Source of the DNA: a virus
Lineage: Duplodnaviria > Heunggongvirae > Uroviricota > Caudoviricetes
Direction: 5' to 3' (one strand)
DNA: 64,000 nt
IMG/VR virus record: IMGVR_UViG_3300021256_000055
Span: 135,124 to 199,123 of that record
Under the pieces are notes generated by a model, which worked only from the letters and a program-made list of their open reading frames with translations, was not told the origin of the DNA and ran no database searches. Below, one piece after another: positions 58,701 through 64,000 of the stretch. How positions within the stretch are numbered: position 1 is the first letter of the stretch; every line of letters starts with the position of its first letter. The translations under genes and the position numbers were made by a program.

Positions 58701-60733
58701 CCCTCTTCTGTCATACCAACATAATTATATGACGCGCATTCATCATTTATAATATCTATTGCGTTTTTCAAATTATTATAGTCAGAGTAGACTACTTTCA
58801 TTAACGCATCTGATTTTGTTTCTGGTATATTTGTAATATTAAATAAAATTGTATCTGGTTTATATAAAGCACCATCTGTGATATAGTTTACTTTAATATT
58901 ACCAACTAATACTACTTTATCATTATTTGCTGTAGTAACTACAATACAGTATCTATTATCTTTTGGTAAAACAGGTATTTCTTCTACAGTAGCTACACTT
59001 GTAGAATCTAGAGTATAACTAATTGAGCCTTTTGTAAAATTATTTATAATGTATAAGTAGCTAGTTCTAGCTCTGCTATCAGCAACTAAGTTCTTGTTAC
59101 CAATATATTTATTAAATAAATGTAAAGAATCTATAAGCTTATCTTCCTCAACCTCTATATCCCCAGTTGGATTACCTAATGCATCCTTGCTTAAGCTAAA
59201 ATTAGGAATATCATTTGGGTAATATGATATTGATTTTGAAGGCTCTAATAATAAGGTTCCCCCTATATATGGGTTTAACATTACCTTACATGATGTAGGC
59301 TTAATTATATTTAAAATAGACTCTACTTCATCAGTGTATAATGAAATTTTACTATTAAGGCGGGAAAAGAGAAAATCAAAAAAGCTCATACTAGAACCTT
59401 TAGGATTTTTATAATGGTTATTATAATCACCGCTAACTTGTGCAAAATAGTCATTTATTAAATTATTGTTATTGCAATTCTTAACTGCATTTAAAATAGT
59501 CTCTACACCGTTATATAAATATCCAGTTTGATATTTAATAGCATTATTATGTGATGTGCTTATATAATGAATCTCATTAGTTGCGGACTCTTTTGAGCTA
59601 CAGTTCATTACGTTATTTTCATCTAGAGAGCCACTTAAAATAGTTTCAAATATACCATTACTTACTTCATTTATATAAGTAATACCTTTAACATCCTCTG
59701 AATTTTCTACTACAGAACCAGCATTTATATTGTCTAATAAAGCATTATTATCATCAGTATTAGGGAACTCATAAATACGGTTTTCGTTACAAGGAATTGA
59801 GTATCCAAAAATATAAGTATTTTTATCTTCTTTTTGGAGGTATGAAGAGTTTTTACCGTCCCAGTCTACAAGCCTAAATTTTCTATAATAAAGCTTTGAG
59901 TAGGTATCAATATCACGATGGTATTGGCGAGTATAATTTTGATACTCTTTTTTAGTCATATTAAATGCATCAAGTGCGCTTTGATTATTAAGAGTATTAT
60001 TCTCACGCTGAATTAAATTGGGGTCTACTGGTTTAATAGGTAAATAAGTAGCAACTGGGAATATTGTACAAATTTGGAAAATATCATTTGCAAACATACG
60101 ATATCCCGCTTTTGATCCGTAAAGCTTACGCCTAAAAGAGTTATTCAATAAGTTCCTAATCTTAATTTTTGAGGCCTCATCTAGAATATCATTATTAGAT
60201 AAGCCTCTTGATAAGTTTTCGGCGACTTTATTAAAAAATTTAATATCTGGTGTATAATCTATCATATCACCAGCTGCTAAAATGGTATCATTAAACTCAT
60301 TTTCTGTTAAAAGCTTATTTTCATCAGGATGGTCTGGATAGAGAGTAGCTAGATACCTATATACCTCATGTAACATGAGGTCGAACTCTGGCAAAATAAC
60401 GCCATCTATTTCAATACGATTATATGTAGGATTATAATTATTTTTTGATGGATCATTAGATACAGTTGGACCATAATTTTTTGATATTTGTCCATTTGTC
60501 ATTTTAAGATAGACTTCATCACTATTCTCATCATGAACATAACTATTTTTCTGTTCACTATAGATACGATAAGGGAGATTGTATTCTACTTTTGAAGTTC
60601 CTAATAACCATTTCCAAAATGGCTCCTGCATAGCTGAATTGAGAGCTTTGTACATATCATAAGGTGGAATCTCATTTGTCATCCACACACGTCTCTCTAA
60701 ATCAAATTCGTCTGAACTAGTATAAGCGGCCAT
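43718..60733 (-). CDS. giant repeat-rich protein (5671 aa), putative virion fibre/adhesin
   Basis: Uninterrupted 17,016-nt ORF. Asn/Tyr/Thr/Ser-rich with more than 20 degenerate about 55-60-aa repeats containing [FY]xxYTGxxxT[IL]xKNSYI (residues about 3380-4660). Small DNA tandem repeats lie inside it. Confidence 0.85.
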   Translation of the reverse strand: MAAYTSSDEFDLERRVWMTNEIPPYDMYKALNSAMQEPFWKWLLGTSKVEYNLPYRIYSEQKNSYVHDENSDEVYLKMTNGQISKNYGPTVSNDPSKNNYNPTYNRIEIDGVILPEFDLMLHEVYRYLATLYPDHPDENKLLTENEFNDTILAAGDMIDYTPDIKFFNKVAENLSRGLSNNDILDEASKIKIRNLLNNSFRRKLYGSKAGYRMFANDIFQICTIFPVATYLPIKPVDPNLIQRENNTLNNQSALDAFNMTKKEYQNYTRQYHRDIDTYSKLYYRKFRLVDWDGKNSSYLQKEDKNTYIFGYSIPCNENRIYEFPNTDDNNALLDNINAGSVVENSEDVKGITYINEVSNGIFETILSGSLDENNVMNCSSKESATNEIHYISTSHNNAIKYQTGYLYNGVETILNAVKNCNNNNLINDYFAQVSGDYNNHYKNPKGSSMSFFDFLFSRLNSKISLYTDEVESILNIIKPTSCKVMLNPYIGGTLLLEPSKSISYYPNDIPNFSLSKDALGNPTGDIEVEEDKLIDSLHLFNKYIGNKNLVADSRARTSYLYIINNFTKGSISYTLDSTSVATVEEIPVLPKDNRYCIVVTTANNDKVVLVGNIKVNYITDGALYKPDTILFNITNIPETKSDALMKVVYSDYNNLKNAIDIINDECASYNYVGMTEEGCQDIIKIMNVQPLDVPVVTSIDGIEESTFGKILQDNTDQYYFKTTNGNVIKFGENINTSPEAVLAYYKSASGHDYSKYIELYLEKQTYLDAINSYSLNRSLLYENSTFTADTTLDEDEWTTFERSTIRPGCVVNKILQISGSPLKPVFGTTAYNSGIIDEYSLGYLSVLPVVNDGYDAFSIGSVNADTDIMTYDENKCSSYDYKNITIHWPHMAYFSPEKCPHPTLIVSTSSGDEVRTNYNASSYSEIDINRDSRTDSAASWFANAESNPDGIIKNITIKPISTNPVKIESVIDISNENLTRTITFKSDIAKKYYKTLSVGDTVFGPTIDSDNATVYITSIGYNSVTVNRDFTQSGTFIFTYNCKMDINGTDEEEDMSAYRANLDKYDTYSIVNPFDHGLWGSRDFPYASNAILESLPDISFYKPYNYKVDVDNTTISSFNEVMNEIHPKRYTGDNFVRMPSTIKFMNDLFVELNITKTIPATTRTGKSNILMSVDWLDYITNSLKDISRATDKANVGVNLMMETDSTGYYTLSPNLTYTDPNVQLKFITLNFKGIQPMWHNYPISSHGQNGDWTVPAYAQIGTGGSGRFNWFTSPADVSYPNIWGNNIYDSEAISKDDLEVLNENNGKIRKRSTWGNNDVIEQESIEGNSRFRSVEKPLFEIPLGEYDVQTRYLPSSSEDLNRACTTIQSSFYAQTFNKLTKYMGSDTSSGSGDVENMPIVLNNKNFLEKEPIAYFNGIQPLEQKKDWIPTTTKYKGINIINLPSISNSEYCIIPEDVTLSNVAVNNNGEFIDKAYIDETDRNGATISFKDITYKNHSIYIRNNNISYLYEPIFGGYIDKTTLYRTSSDNKNIITELVYATLKYQFKIDSDFTNHISKLTDISNRNKIFWYIIGDINERDATSEEENYTFTEKNIKKNSIVGLITPNKTTSNISDFGYAIFNRGYYTSTLPIVRPIDIPDTNYNKSIGNIKNNISSLTIQEFCNLDTKTEYLNNSGNTINLIETNQYILRNQSTFTVVDSLPDGISTDKYIEALTQAGIAALSEGYTKYVGATKKIAPGDSIYIDSPTAKPVISYSSSPVYNIIRGVTEITLPRRCITEGSYNFDYIIDAGITCTGYLYGTSTPNEVVYDKAEGDVNEYDTIENDNFDIITNDEVTFNATRAAIYKDDINNEFYTYTNEYKDASGISHNSFDKLKKVAIKFEEQKYFKNTTYLTGMYKNVISQASGSNEIIETPTLRQINDVGEFNTNLISSNDSIIRITPMDLRSIYNQYLEPVLYSNYYSVDGMVRGIDKDGNLVISYDNTVSGIANNTEKLLYGSKLRSIIPVTKVFDDETQSFNTVFPEESYFEFTGDNAYPAPVINTSSVKFTKSIISDNRIVGNNAYEFKYFKNLLILHGAIANNKPDTLVPTKNDTNQFNNATRFLRKGDTPIESFVLSSSADAINMPLAIAFTDSEAGAQEVVIDNLDKAYYDAASKSFICVSGKKVGYAQPVDLPTEKKVSLNYFSEVYQITSNGFESLSDDYKIKNVTSDDDDWILTIEEKGTTNVYSFPHDYEASTGKIEVRTAYSAFSKVDSIVDTILLPNTEQIKTTKDGVLTYSNAYAKWEDVSVSSASEGGEYEIKPFAINYKDDGLEGRSDKKFFFSDPNSKYAVFGCGRDAFIKSPVYLSTKDGEYTEQVSQDTYWKYACLPLLNDTSYAKYERIKQTTGEHGVYMSIRTLRDSILDIYKEMANLPKYIKRDSNNKWTFYDGENSSTIIEGDTLPGEGQSKNKDVIVMLSALGKAFGSNGDSSLNPTLADIMEKYYPYYQILTNLHPMPWRDEDGITGIESFIAKISKEEGNKFYYYWNTNNFTITSVKPTISTDDPSTYKEYLEGSYNKEGGYAEIIYYGVGPYERMTVNKAQSETPIDRIYGANLTFDGSCQKQYRSDNNYDSSWYVDYANNFATYGMLEDDISQVFDGDITNVIFTKNNIIFTSSGGSIIYIDKKHTYKVSDLENINNWHTSDIPKGLSYDYIDRTNVLHKTIKYKADSVFKLPVQYLNRFQPIYTISSTYVNEDIIILCGAIQSRESIESDWNTRYSLDKESDREYGLYLLSKCVPLARFYYSTTPLILYSTNGGKTFSISNIPNSLPYYSINATSPVTLKTATRIVGDAILLDDATSKVIVTQNGTEKASMSTYIKSSTDEKKLDLTVYDAIDVNGILDDNQDGGLKVMGVTYVSPDTYKFYLQKSKDSADYDYILETKLDKYNDTDFENLNYKDFENDVKKLSTAYSVNYNNFVLYVNPSMSSIGIISRGTVNTLAKVDAVSPDGITMDTDLIASGTDGARTEVVIAFETMSSLSISDQKSCINQEFLSNYFDEYHNCYVKHIKITENAASADGVFNYRETLENLKNNDEGYPAVVEDTNHKFYEYNDPTTVKNDNGETETKYIPKNITNADGQAIYLCNVDGEYINKSNKVIQPLSFYEIIYSDLGTDIMYAAPKPIYESVDKAKQDSSLREEDESWKSLFNVKYIKAINQDYETVPYSYMVEDPEELGVLRKGNFIIKKGNSISVSSESPADIQIGADISSFDLNEITCAGPAYMQYKPTGATVQTDNYIYKTNTGLIQSMPDSPGTEAKLLGYLNSVGITNLISMPCNSYFIYVGEKIDIIPENAYITNNGNGKYEVVTTEPKSGLNLTDDVTQPNDAIDLRNIINYVKLYYQRKYTGADKKIAKNSYIARINGKLKSYADFIYDNIGDRSNINDIINIPENSYSKYTGENYPVKTNSYILHSGKTFTLSEKAPLAEQSSLSSLDDENIQRIYDLPDETYIQYIGATKVIDSSYYLTNVNGTHYLSTVNPNSLIQNSTLSSTDNISTIIEKVNTLKDREYLSIQGDNTELIDKNDYIIHTISGNYEVRKNPITDKTKAKDTISDIALTDSALVNNSYIPYEIQEDRTLSKNDFIYNKDDNLVILSRSSIPSENVSTITLDKIATMNEGSMVIYTGANSTTLLKGGSYIYKVNDTINISSTSLKLECTPTFNQIKTLVDNECIKVTESAVLQDAKKWLVYVAGTGYTSYATLTSSFQSTINKSSITLKDLIGLAANGYFINISNNTITVIAKNNYITSDGKGNISVSTTAPAVTDDSPLGSPISTLKQDTIKGLKAGSYLYTGSTLSIKPGQRVELTSSKTYNVKNDRNLSSPSLDTIMAMSNNQFYYCEAGFSLTKDTCIIYQNKKYTVANDSIYVKYNKGPEINTPTGLIGLANNTWYKYTGTSLTFNKNSYILRYNNILYKDVEKVTTKDNIIGSLSTANTCMEYTGETFTIAKNGYLINTNNKKYIVDNPIYNMKSVGELTSLDFATINSIANNTTENKYFTYTGEKVTLSSSIEFCNHRGTIFYGTEDDVKLPESNKTNSLDFNKPLDNNSYINIKVAMSIPHNGYYIKSNNVISYSHQNQLKSSDDIKEFTLANLYSMAEDTYAKYTGVNYTILKNSYFIRTEDKAQSKIEANFPVENKGSINSLDLNILANMSNYQVKATENIEIKNDTFYRNVDGKISSAESSSSTYHYMDVDTFDLNKFLNTPTSWYRQYIGPDLYINASDIISRSPSEVDEANISTSGDIIGILEAILSNPTVTYKFMPDNNKGIIIKSNSYFVYNDNHLSISENLPSNMLRLNDIVAEDTTSFISSFIAVSYNDYHIKYVGKDGGISKNSYIYKENGEYKVESNVSYTPSNEELHIEGDLTENKVETILNNLVKIPENTCTKCIDNNVSLPAGIYYIYYLEGSFHISISQPSSMDEESANDDKLRSISSLVSNPETKYIKLDLTANNILINKDEFVTKSNGYLKVTSNAPQLYGYTETSIDKIDFDQLYKMQSNIIYKYTGENYTLKENTYIIKSNNTISTADKVITRQTPISGDILNTLEKLTTLDDNTEVQYTGQTVSINKNSYIVRLDGKFAILNKEFKKLDNFATFDLRDLDSIEEGTYRQYTGEEYVFKTNSYILNNHGDWLISDNARLDVIADFDIKVLSEFVNDKYFKYMGPDICLADIGITLSESLSISDDKLSEYFYLEDEDQERLNIETEYLDSVSSAVEQISLSFDDRFVLKKIGNSSNRFYYDRILGYFPLKAVRYIEFNAKFGYSINQAVKNFFNQNLHDIDTLDSGIPAPITHIYLQQRGYGGTRLRTEKDNSWKEELPWEIDKVAFMDKHLKNSNNEPILLCDSIGKEIISNHGEFIVHNNDIVKVSVNDLAENTSKTLSLLSFENNTIRTLATVKVSKPALSKNLIWTSQNNVSIDITQRTGTTQELTNIYYICPDKFMKSELSADTSIMVSTIEDIVEITDSDRKDGETYEAAFNRVNKFDADENSDENSDEVFAKNFAKNFKIEGGVLKFTMPGSLERYPKWIKITSKGITKIISISYDKNPNNVYGTVTPAYYYYYNDEYVFVKNTNNNMASYTLGSNTVTLNNSEKISLTDTDSAREVNLPLFELGKLNAYYLYDMSYERTGVDSTNPLYHVRSNYYIGSRKIEDTYISEEPDDSKSEESISISASYSDNTYTFEFGEFTIEKHTESSSGLALDSETFIVSNENEIKFKVIADPANENELYIKGALGPIYMRYPRYQSFESLLREEGPVIKEYDDYFNASTVKGGNEEPISDAFNLIETNGVTLSKKLPIDSLNDGKTHFVRIEVLTRKTVPLTKNNAFNDDYEEIPLKDISIFPPDRVYFNPKGYPKSPIIINNTLFRGENNIYYSSALFTNANDNYIRECNKSGKLIRYIVSNGDIIDRPIDSSKDSIDDTFIPRYPNYNSCKEWFENEFYIKGQESNPFWQVINLTSKFNTVTQSWNQELTLNKFEKMNRTIKQTPVSNDEAYLKLSRASTAEIIDDEIRQDYNCNYLDLFEGKIRFIASEPDNTLYSEGGAAEIIKYGICANNTVKDTFHPNDGEEIKIPGYLQSSYTVNSKKNFANPNEADSAIVEVTELGIFNRYHILIAYAVFPPIEYRSDTQHVSFTSFVKYGSCSIE
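45633..45700 (-). repeat. short tandem DNA repeats inside giant ORF (aaatttttggc x2; agaattttcgtc x3)
   Basis: Seen directly in the sequence. Encodes SDENSDENSDEVFAKNFAKNF. Confidence 0.8.
46750..50600 (-). repeat. protein-level tandem repeat region of giant ORF (YTG...KNSYI units)
   Basis: Landmarks mapped back to DNA: YTGEEYVF at about 46790-46820, YKYTGENYTLKEN at about 47100-47140, KYTGADKKIAKNSYI at about 50560-50600. Confidence 0.6.
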
Positions 60734-60804
60734 TATTTATTCCTATTATTTAATCAAAAATTGTATTATAAAAATTAGTGATTTTACAGAATGCCACAAA
60801 AAAT

Positions 60805-60900
60805 GTGAATTTTTGCAAATTGAAGTTATATTAATTAATGATACTAAGAAAGAGTATATTTGAGCTTTGCGATAGCAGCTAATTATATAGAGGTTTTAAA
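60805..60900 (+). repeat. about 100-bp conserved intergenic element, copy B
   Basis: Direct repeat of 33141..33240. It ends exactly at the ATG of the plus-strand gene at 60901 and lies in the divergent region that also contains the giant ORF's upstream sequence. Confidence 0.7.
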
Positions 60901-61167
60901 ATGGAACTTATGATTATTGAGTGCAAAGAATGTGGTAATGCTTATAAAGGCGATATAACTAAACCGTTTCTTTGCCCAAAATGTATTGCTAATGGGGTAA
61001 AATTACCTAGTATGTTGCAATCAGAAAATTTAGCAAAAAATAAAAAGCCAGTATTAGATACATCTAGTTCTGATACATCTAATAATCCTGATGTAGTAAA
61101 AAGATTAGATAATTTAGAGTCACGTATTAAAGCAATAGAAGATTTAATTAAGAAAATGACGGAGTAG
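60901..61167 (+). CDS. zinc-ribbon/coiled-coil small protein (88 aa)
   Basis: CKECGNAY...CPKC, then a helical C-terminus. Confidence 0.5.
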   Translation: MELMIIECKECGNAYKGDITKPFLCPKCIANGVKLPSMLQSENLAKNKKPVLDTSSSDTSNNPDVVKRLDNLESRIKAIEDLIKKMTE

Positions 61168-61171
61168 TATT

Positions 61172-61384
61172 ATGGGAAGAGATTTTTTTAGAGCTGGTCC
61201 TGGACATTTTGGATATACCTGGGTCCATGCAAGGGATGTTCCAGAAGGAAAAAATATGGATGAGCTTTTTAAGGAAGTTTATGAACAAGCAACTAGAGAA
61301 CGCTTAGAAAGAGGATATATTGTAGATAGCTTAGAAAAATATGATAGTCCTGAATATGGTGTTACTCATCCAACAGAGAGTTAG
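61172..61384 (+). CDS. hypothetical protein (70 aa)
   Basis: Intact ORF. Confidence 0.4.
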   Translation: MGRDFFRAGPGHFGYTWVHARDVPEGKNMDELFKEVYEQATRERLERGYIVDSLEKYDSPEYGVTHPTES

Positions 61385-61748
61385 AACTATTAAAATAATC
61401 TGTAGCAAATGTATTAGAAAAAGTAGGCATATAATTTTTCTTAAAAGAGGGGTGTAAAACTATAGTTTTGGTATAAGAATCTATCATATCTTCTAATGGT
61501 TGAAATTTAAGATTATAAATTTCTAATACTACTACTTCAGGTCCTAAAATATCTGAAATAGACCTTATGTAATTTTTTATTTCATTTGGTTTTGTTAAAT
61601 CCAAATTTGCATTTGGTATATTTAATTTTTTATTATTTGCCTTAAATGAAATTTTATTATCTATTACTTTTATTTTTAAAAAATTGCTTTTTGATTCAAA
61701 TGTAAACTTATCCATGCTATTATAATAGCATTTTATTCTACATAGCAA
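61362..61748 (-). CDS. hypothetical protein (128 aa)
   Basis: Intact ORF. Confidence 0.45.
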   Translation of the reverse strand: MLCRIKCYYNSMDKFTFESKSNFLKIKVIDNKISFKANNKKLNIPNANLDLTKPNEIKNYIRSISDILGPEVVVLEIYNLKFQPLEDMIDSYTKTIVLHPSFKKNYMPTFSNTFATDYFNSSNSLLDE

Positions 61749-62182
61749 ACAATTGCGCTACCTTGGCCGGATACCATAGAATTATCAATTAAGCCAGATC
61801 TTTTATCCTGAGGTGCCACAGAAATTTCCCACCTACGTTTATTCATATTTGCTATTATTTTACATTCAACAAGATTTATAGTTGGAAAGTTAGCTTCAGT
61901 TTCAAGTCTAAGATTGGATTCTATAACTTTAGCATTAGCATCTGATAATGGAGTTTTAACTACATATTTTGCTAAAAAGCCACCATAATTAGGATTTCTA
62001 TGATAATCATAATTATCTGACATAAGCCATAATTTATATTTTTGTAAAACACAATTTACACCATAAATACCAATAGAGCCTTTTTCATCAATACCTTTAT
62101 AGTTTACATCAAAATAATTTATTGATTCTTTTAATGAGTTTTTTAATTCATTTATTTGTCTTAGTAATCCTGAATTTAACAT
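61733..62182 (-). CDS. hypothetical protein (149 aa), possible baseplate-wedge (gp25/W-like) protein
   Basis: Size and position are gp25-like. Motif similarity is weak. Confidence 0.3.
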   Translation of the reverse strand: MLNSGLLRQINELKNSLKESINYFDVNYKGIDEKGSIGIYGVNCVLQKYKLWLMSDNYDYHRNPNYGGFLAKYVVKTPLSDANAKVIESNLRLETEANFPTINLVECKIIANMNKRRWEISVAPQDKRSGLIDNSMVSGQGSAIVCYVE

Positions 62183-62209
62183 TGTTTAAGCTCCTATCCT
62201 TATTCATTG

Positions 62210-63169
62210 TTATTTTGCATTTTCAGCAGCTTTCGCATTTTCAGCAGCCTTTTTTTTATCATCTTCTCTTTTCTTTACTGCAGCTTCAGCTTCATCTTTA
62301 GCAGTAGTAAACCTACCTTTTAGCCTTTTTAAGAATGCGGATTGTTCATTATTAGTATTTGGTGTTGAATCACTTGAAGCTTCTTTACTATCAGCGTCCT
62401 CATTTTTAGTAGTACTTTCAATTTGTTCTTTATATAACATATAGGTATGCGGAATACCCGTATTATTTTCACCGGACCAAGCTTGTTCTGGCTTAGTACC
62501 AGTTTCCTTAGAAGTTATTTCTGGACCAATTCTATTTGAATTATTACCAAAATTAGGACCATAACCGTAACTATAAATAGAGTTTCCTTGACCGTTCTTA
62601 ATAGGTGTAGGGTCACTCGTATAATTATTATGATATAGTACCTCTCCAACTTTTGCAAATTTATAGGTAGTTGTAAACTCTCTAATACCTCCCTGGCTCC
62701 AATCAAATTCATACCCGCTACCTAAGTCAGTAGGTACACAATTTATTAAGTTTAATGTTAGTACGGGGTCTGCATCCATTAAAGGCGCAGATAATGAATT
62801 ATTCTTATTTATATAATGGTATGCATATATTATTATATTCTTAAATTTATTACCTAATCCAATAGGGATAAAATCTCCTGTAAAATTATACCAAGAGCGC
62901 ATCCAGCTAAGATGCATTTGCTCTACAGTTCTATACTCATCCTCAATCCAAGTAATTGTTACTTCTTCAGGTACTTCTCCAGACTTAAACTCTAAAAATC
63001 TGTTATTATTTTTTTCAAAAGACAATTTTGGTGAGCCAATACTTATTTTTGAAATGCGGTATATTGAATCTGATATACCACTTATTTTTGCGAAAAATAA
63101 GTTATTTTGGCTATGTGCTAAGCTATAAAGATAATCGACACCTTCTGCTTCTGAAGCTAAATAATCCAT
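62210..63169 (-). CDS. hypothetical protein (319 aa) with Lys/Ala/Glu-rich C-terminal tail
   Basis: Intact ORF. The C-terminus is AKDEAEAAVKKREDDKKKAAENAKAAENAK. Confidence 0.5.
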   Translation of the reverse strand: MDYLASEAEGVDYLYSLAHSQNNLFFAKISGISDSIYRISKISIGSPKLSFEKNNNRFLEFKSGEVPEEVTITWIEDEYRTVEQMHLSWMRSWYNFTGDFIPIGLGNKFKNIIIYAYHYINKNNSLSAPLMDADPVLTLNLINCVPTDLGSGYEFDWSQGGIREFTTTYKFAKVGEVLYHNNYTSDPTPIKNGQGNSIYSYGYGPNFGNNSNRIGPEITSKETGTKPEQAWSGENNTGIPHTYMLYKEQIESTTKNEDADSKEASSDSTPNTNNEQSAFLKRLKGRFTTAKDEAEAAVKKREDDKKKAAENAKAAENAK

Positions 63170-63234
63170 ACCTGATAATATTATTCCCTATAATTTATTA
63201 TAATAAAAATTAGTAATTTATTTATATAACCCGA

Positions 63235-63999
63235 TTATGTAGCTGAATAAGCTAAACCAGATTCCTCTTCATCAATTCGCTTAAAAGTAAAATCAAAGTT
63301 TAGTTCAACTTTACTACCATCTTTTGAAAATTCAATTTCCGGAACTCCTAAGAATCGTATATTCTTAAAAATATAGTATCTGGCATATAAATTATTGGTG
63401 TTATCATGTTGATAATTTATAACTTTTTTACTATATGGTGTAGACGGGTCAGTATAGCTAGCAATAGGTATAAAATTTGTTACTAGGTTATATCCAACAT
63501 ATAAATCTACTTCAAGTTCATTATTAGCGCTATTACTACGTCTTAAAACAGTAACAGGAGATAAAGACTGAGTACTCTCTATATAGCCTTCTGGGTTTTT
63601 TGATACTTGAACTAATCTTTGATTATTAAGTATAATTCCAGACGCCTCTAGCATCTTTCGCCATATTTTTAAGTTTTCATCAATACGTACTTTTATAGAG
63701 CCCTGATGATTCATATTTATTGCGTTAGATATAACGGGAATAGTCCTATTAACAAAATCAATGCTTTCAGTTTTTAAAGATGGCATTTTAACTGATATGT
63801 CTACTATTCTAGCTGGCTCAATATCCACCATATCTGTACTAATTGGCACTCCACCTACTTTAGGAGTAGTAAAAAATACATAAGACATATTTCCCATAAA
63901 ATCGGGATATCTATGCATTAAGGCTTGAATAGGCGTAGCTGCAGATTGACCTCGTGTACTATCTTGCCATACCCACCTAGCATGTTTATTGTCCGACAT
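63235..63999 (-). CDS. hypothetical protein (254 aa), possible virion structural protein
   Basis: Intact ORF, beta-rich. No motif. Confidence 0.45.
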   Translation of the reverse strand: MSDNKHARWVWQDSTRGQSAATPIQALMHRYPDFMGNMSYVFFTTPKVGGVPISTDMVDIEPARIVDISVKMPSLKTESIDFVNRTIPVISNAINMNHQGSIKVRIDENLKIWRKMLEASGIILNNQRLVQVSKNPEGYIESTQSLSPVTVLRRSNSANNELEVDLYVGYNLVTNFIPIASYTDPSTPYSKKVINYQHDNTNNLYARYYIFKNIRFLGVPEIEFSKDGSKVELNFDFTFKRIDEEESGLAYSAT

Positions 64000-64000
64000 A

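Noticed and set aside
61733-63999. Calling 61733-63999 a baseplate module (gp25/gp6-like)
   Set aside because: Only size and position are suggestive. I could not see convincing family motifs, so these are left as low-confidence hypotheticals.
1-64000. tRNA or rRNA genes
   Set aside because: Intergenic regions are all under 210 bp. The few larger gaps (33087-33259, 42671-42814, 60734-60900) are AT-rich promoter-like sequence with no cloverleaf-like GC-rich stems seen by eye. I cannot run tRNAscan here, so small RNAs cannot be fully excluded.
1-64000. Alternative genetic code (stop-codon reassignment, as in some megaphages)
   Set aside because: Very long ORFs, including a 17 kb one, read through uninterrupted with the standard code. 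Gene boundaries are tight, with sensible ribosome-binding sites.
1-64000. Bacteroidetes/crAss-like origin suggested by bS21 and giant proteins
   Set aside because: Many genes carry GGAGG/AAGGAG Shine-Dalgarno sequences (e.g. upstream of 39321, 42815, 12930, 15232, 29705) and classic intrinsic terminators. These fit a Firmicutes-type host better. Host assignment remains unproven.

Overview
This window is a gene-dense, AT-rich segment (low GC by eye, roughly 30%; not computed) that I read as part of a large (jumbo) phage or phage-like element of a low-GC Gram-positive-type host.

Basis for that reading:
- Coding density is about 95%, mostly on the minus strand in long co-directional blocks. There are short plus-strand islands at 31.1-31.5, 33.3-34.3, 38.9-40.8, 42.8-43.0 and 60.9-61.4 kb.
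- GGAGG/AAGGAG ribosome-binding sites and many GC-stem/T-run intrinsic terminators are visible, which argues for a Firmicutes-type host rather than a Bacteroidetes-type one.
- Phage hallmarks are present: a free-standing HNH endonuclease, a C5 DNA methyltransferase, an AAA+ ATPase, a ribosomal protein bS21 gene, and a 17 kb ORF encoding a 5671-aa Asn/Tyr/Thr-rich repeat protein (putative giant fibre/adhesin) next to weak candidate baseplate-like genes.
- I found no integrase, tRNA, rRNA or CRISPR array.

The most interesting content is a roughly 21 kb minus-strand accessory block (about 9.3-30.7 kb):
- A tandem array of five TerD-domain paralogues, all beginning MINL-KGQ, interleaved with small unknown genes.
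- A rhomboid protease, a lipoprotein, a vWA (TerY-like) protein and a Met/Gly-rich protein.
- A near-complete Preiss-Handler NAD+ salvage set (PncA-like nicotinamidase, NadD/NMNAT, NadE), with a Nudix hydrolase, a bacterial-type PARG/macro (DUF2263-like) protein and a histidine phosphatase.
- A short PurA/PurZ-like adenylosuccinate-synthetase homologue, an M32 carboxypeptidase and several large unknowns.

I interpret this as a candidate phage-borne Ter-like plus NAD+/ADP-ribose metabolic, possibly counter-defence, module. That interpretation is a hypothesis.

Other notable items:
- An acyl carrier protein plus ketoacyl-ACP-synthase pair with no other fatty-acid synthesis genes.
- An SPFH-domain lipoprotein with a small membrane partner.
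- A conserved roughly 100-bp element present twice upstream of plus-strand genes at strand-switch points.
- A recurrent TTTACATATTATAA-type motif immediately upstream of many minus-strand genes, a candidate phage promoter with possibly leaderless starts.
- Protein- and DNA-level tandem repeats inside the giant ORF.
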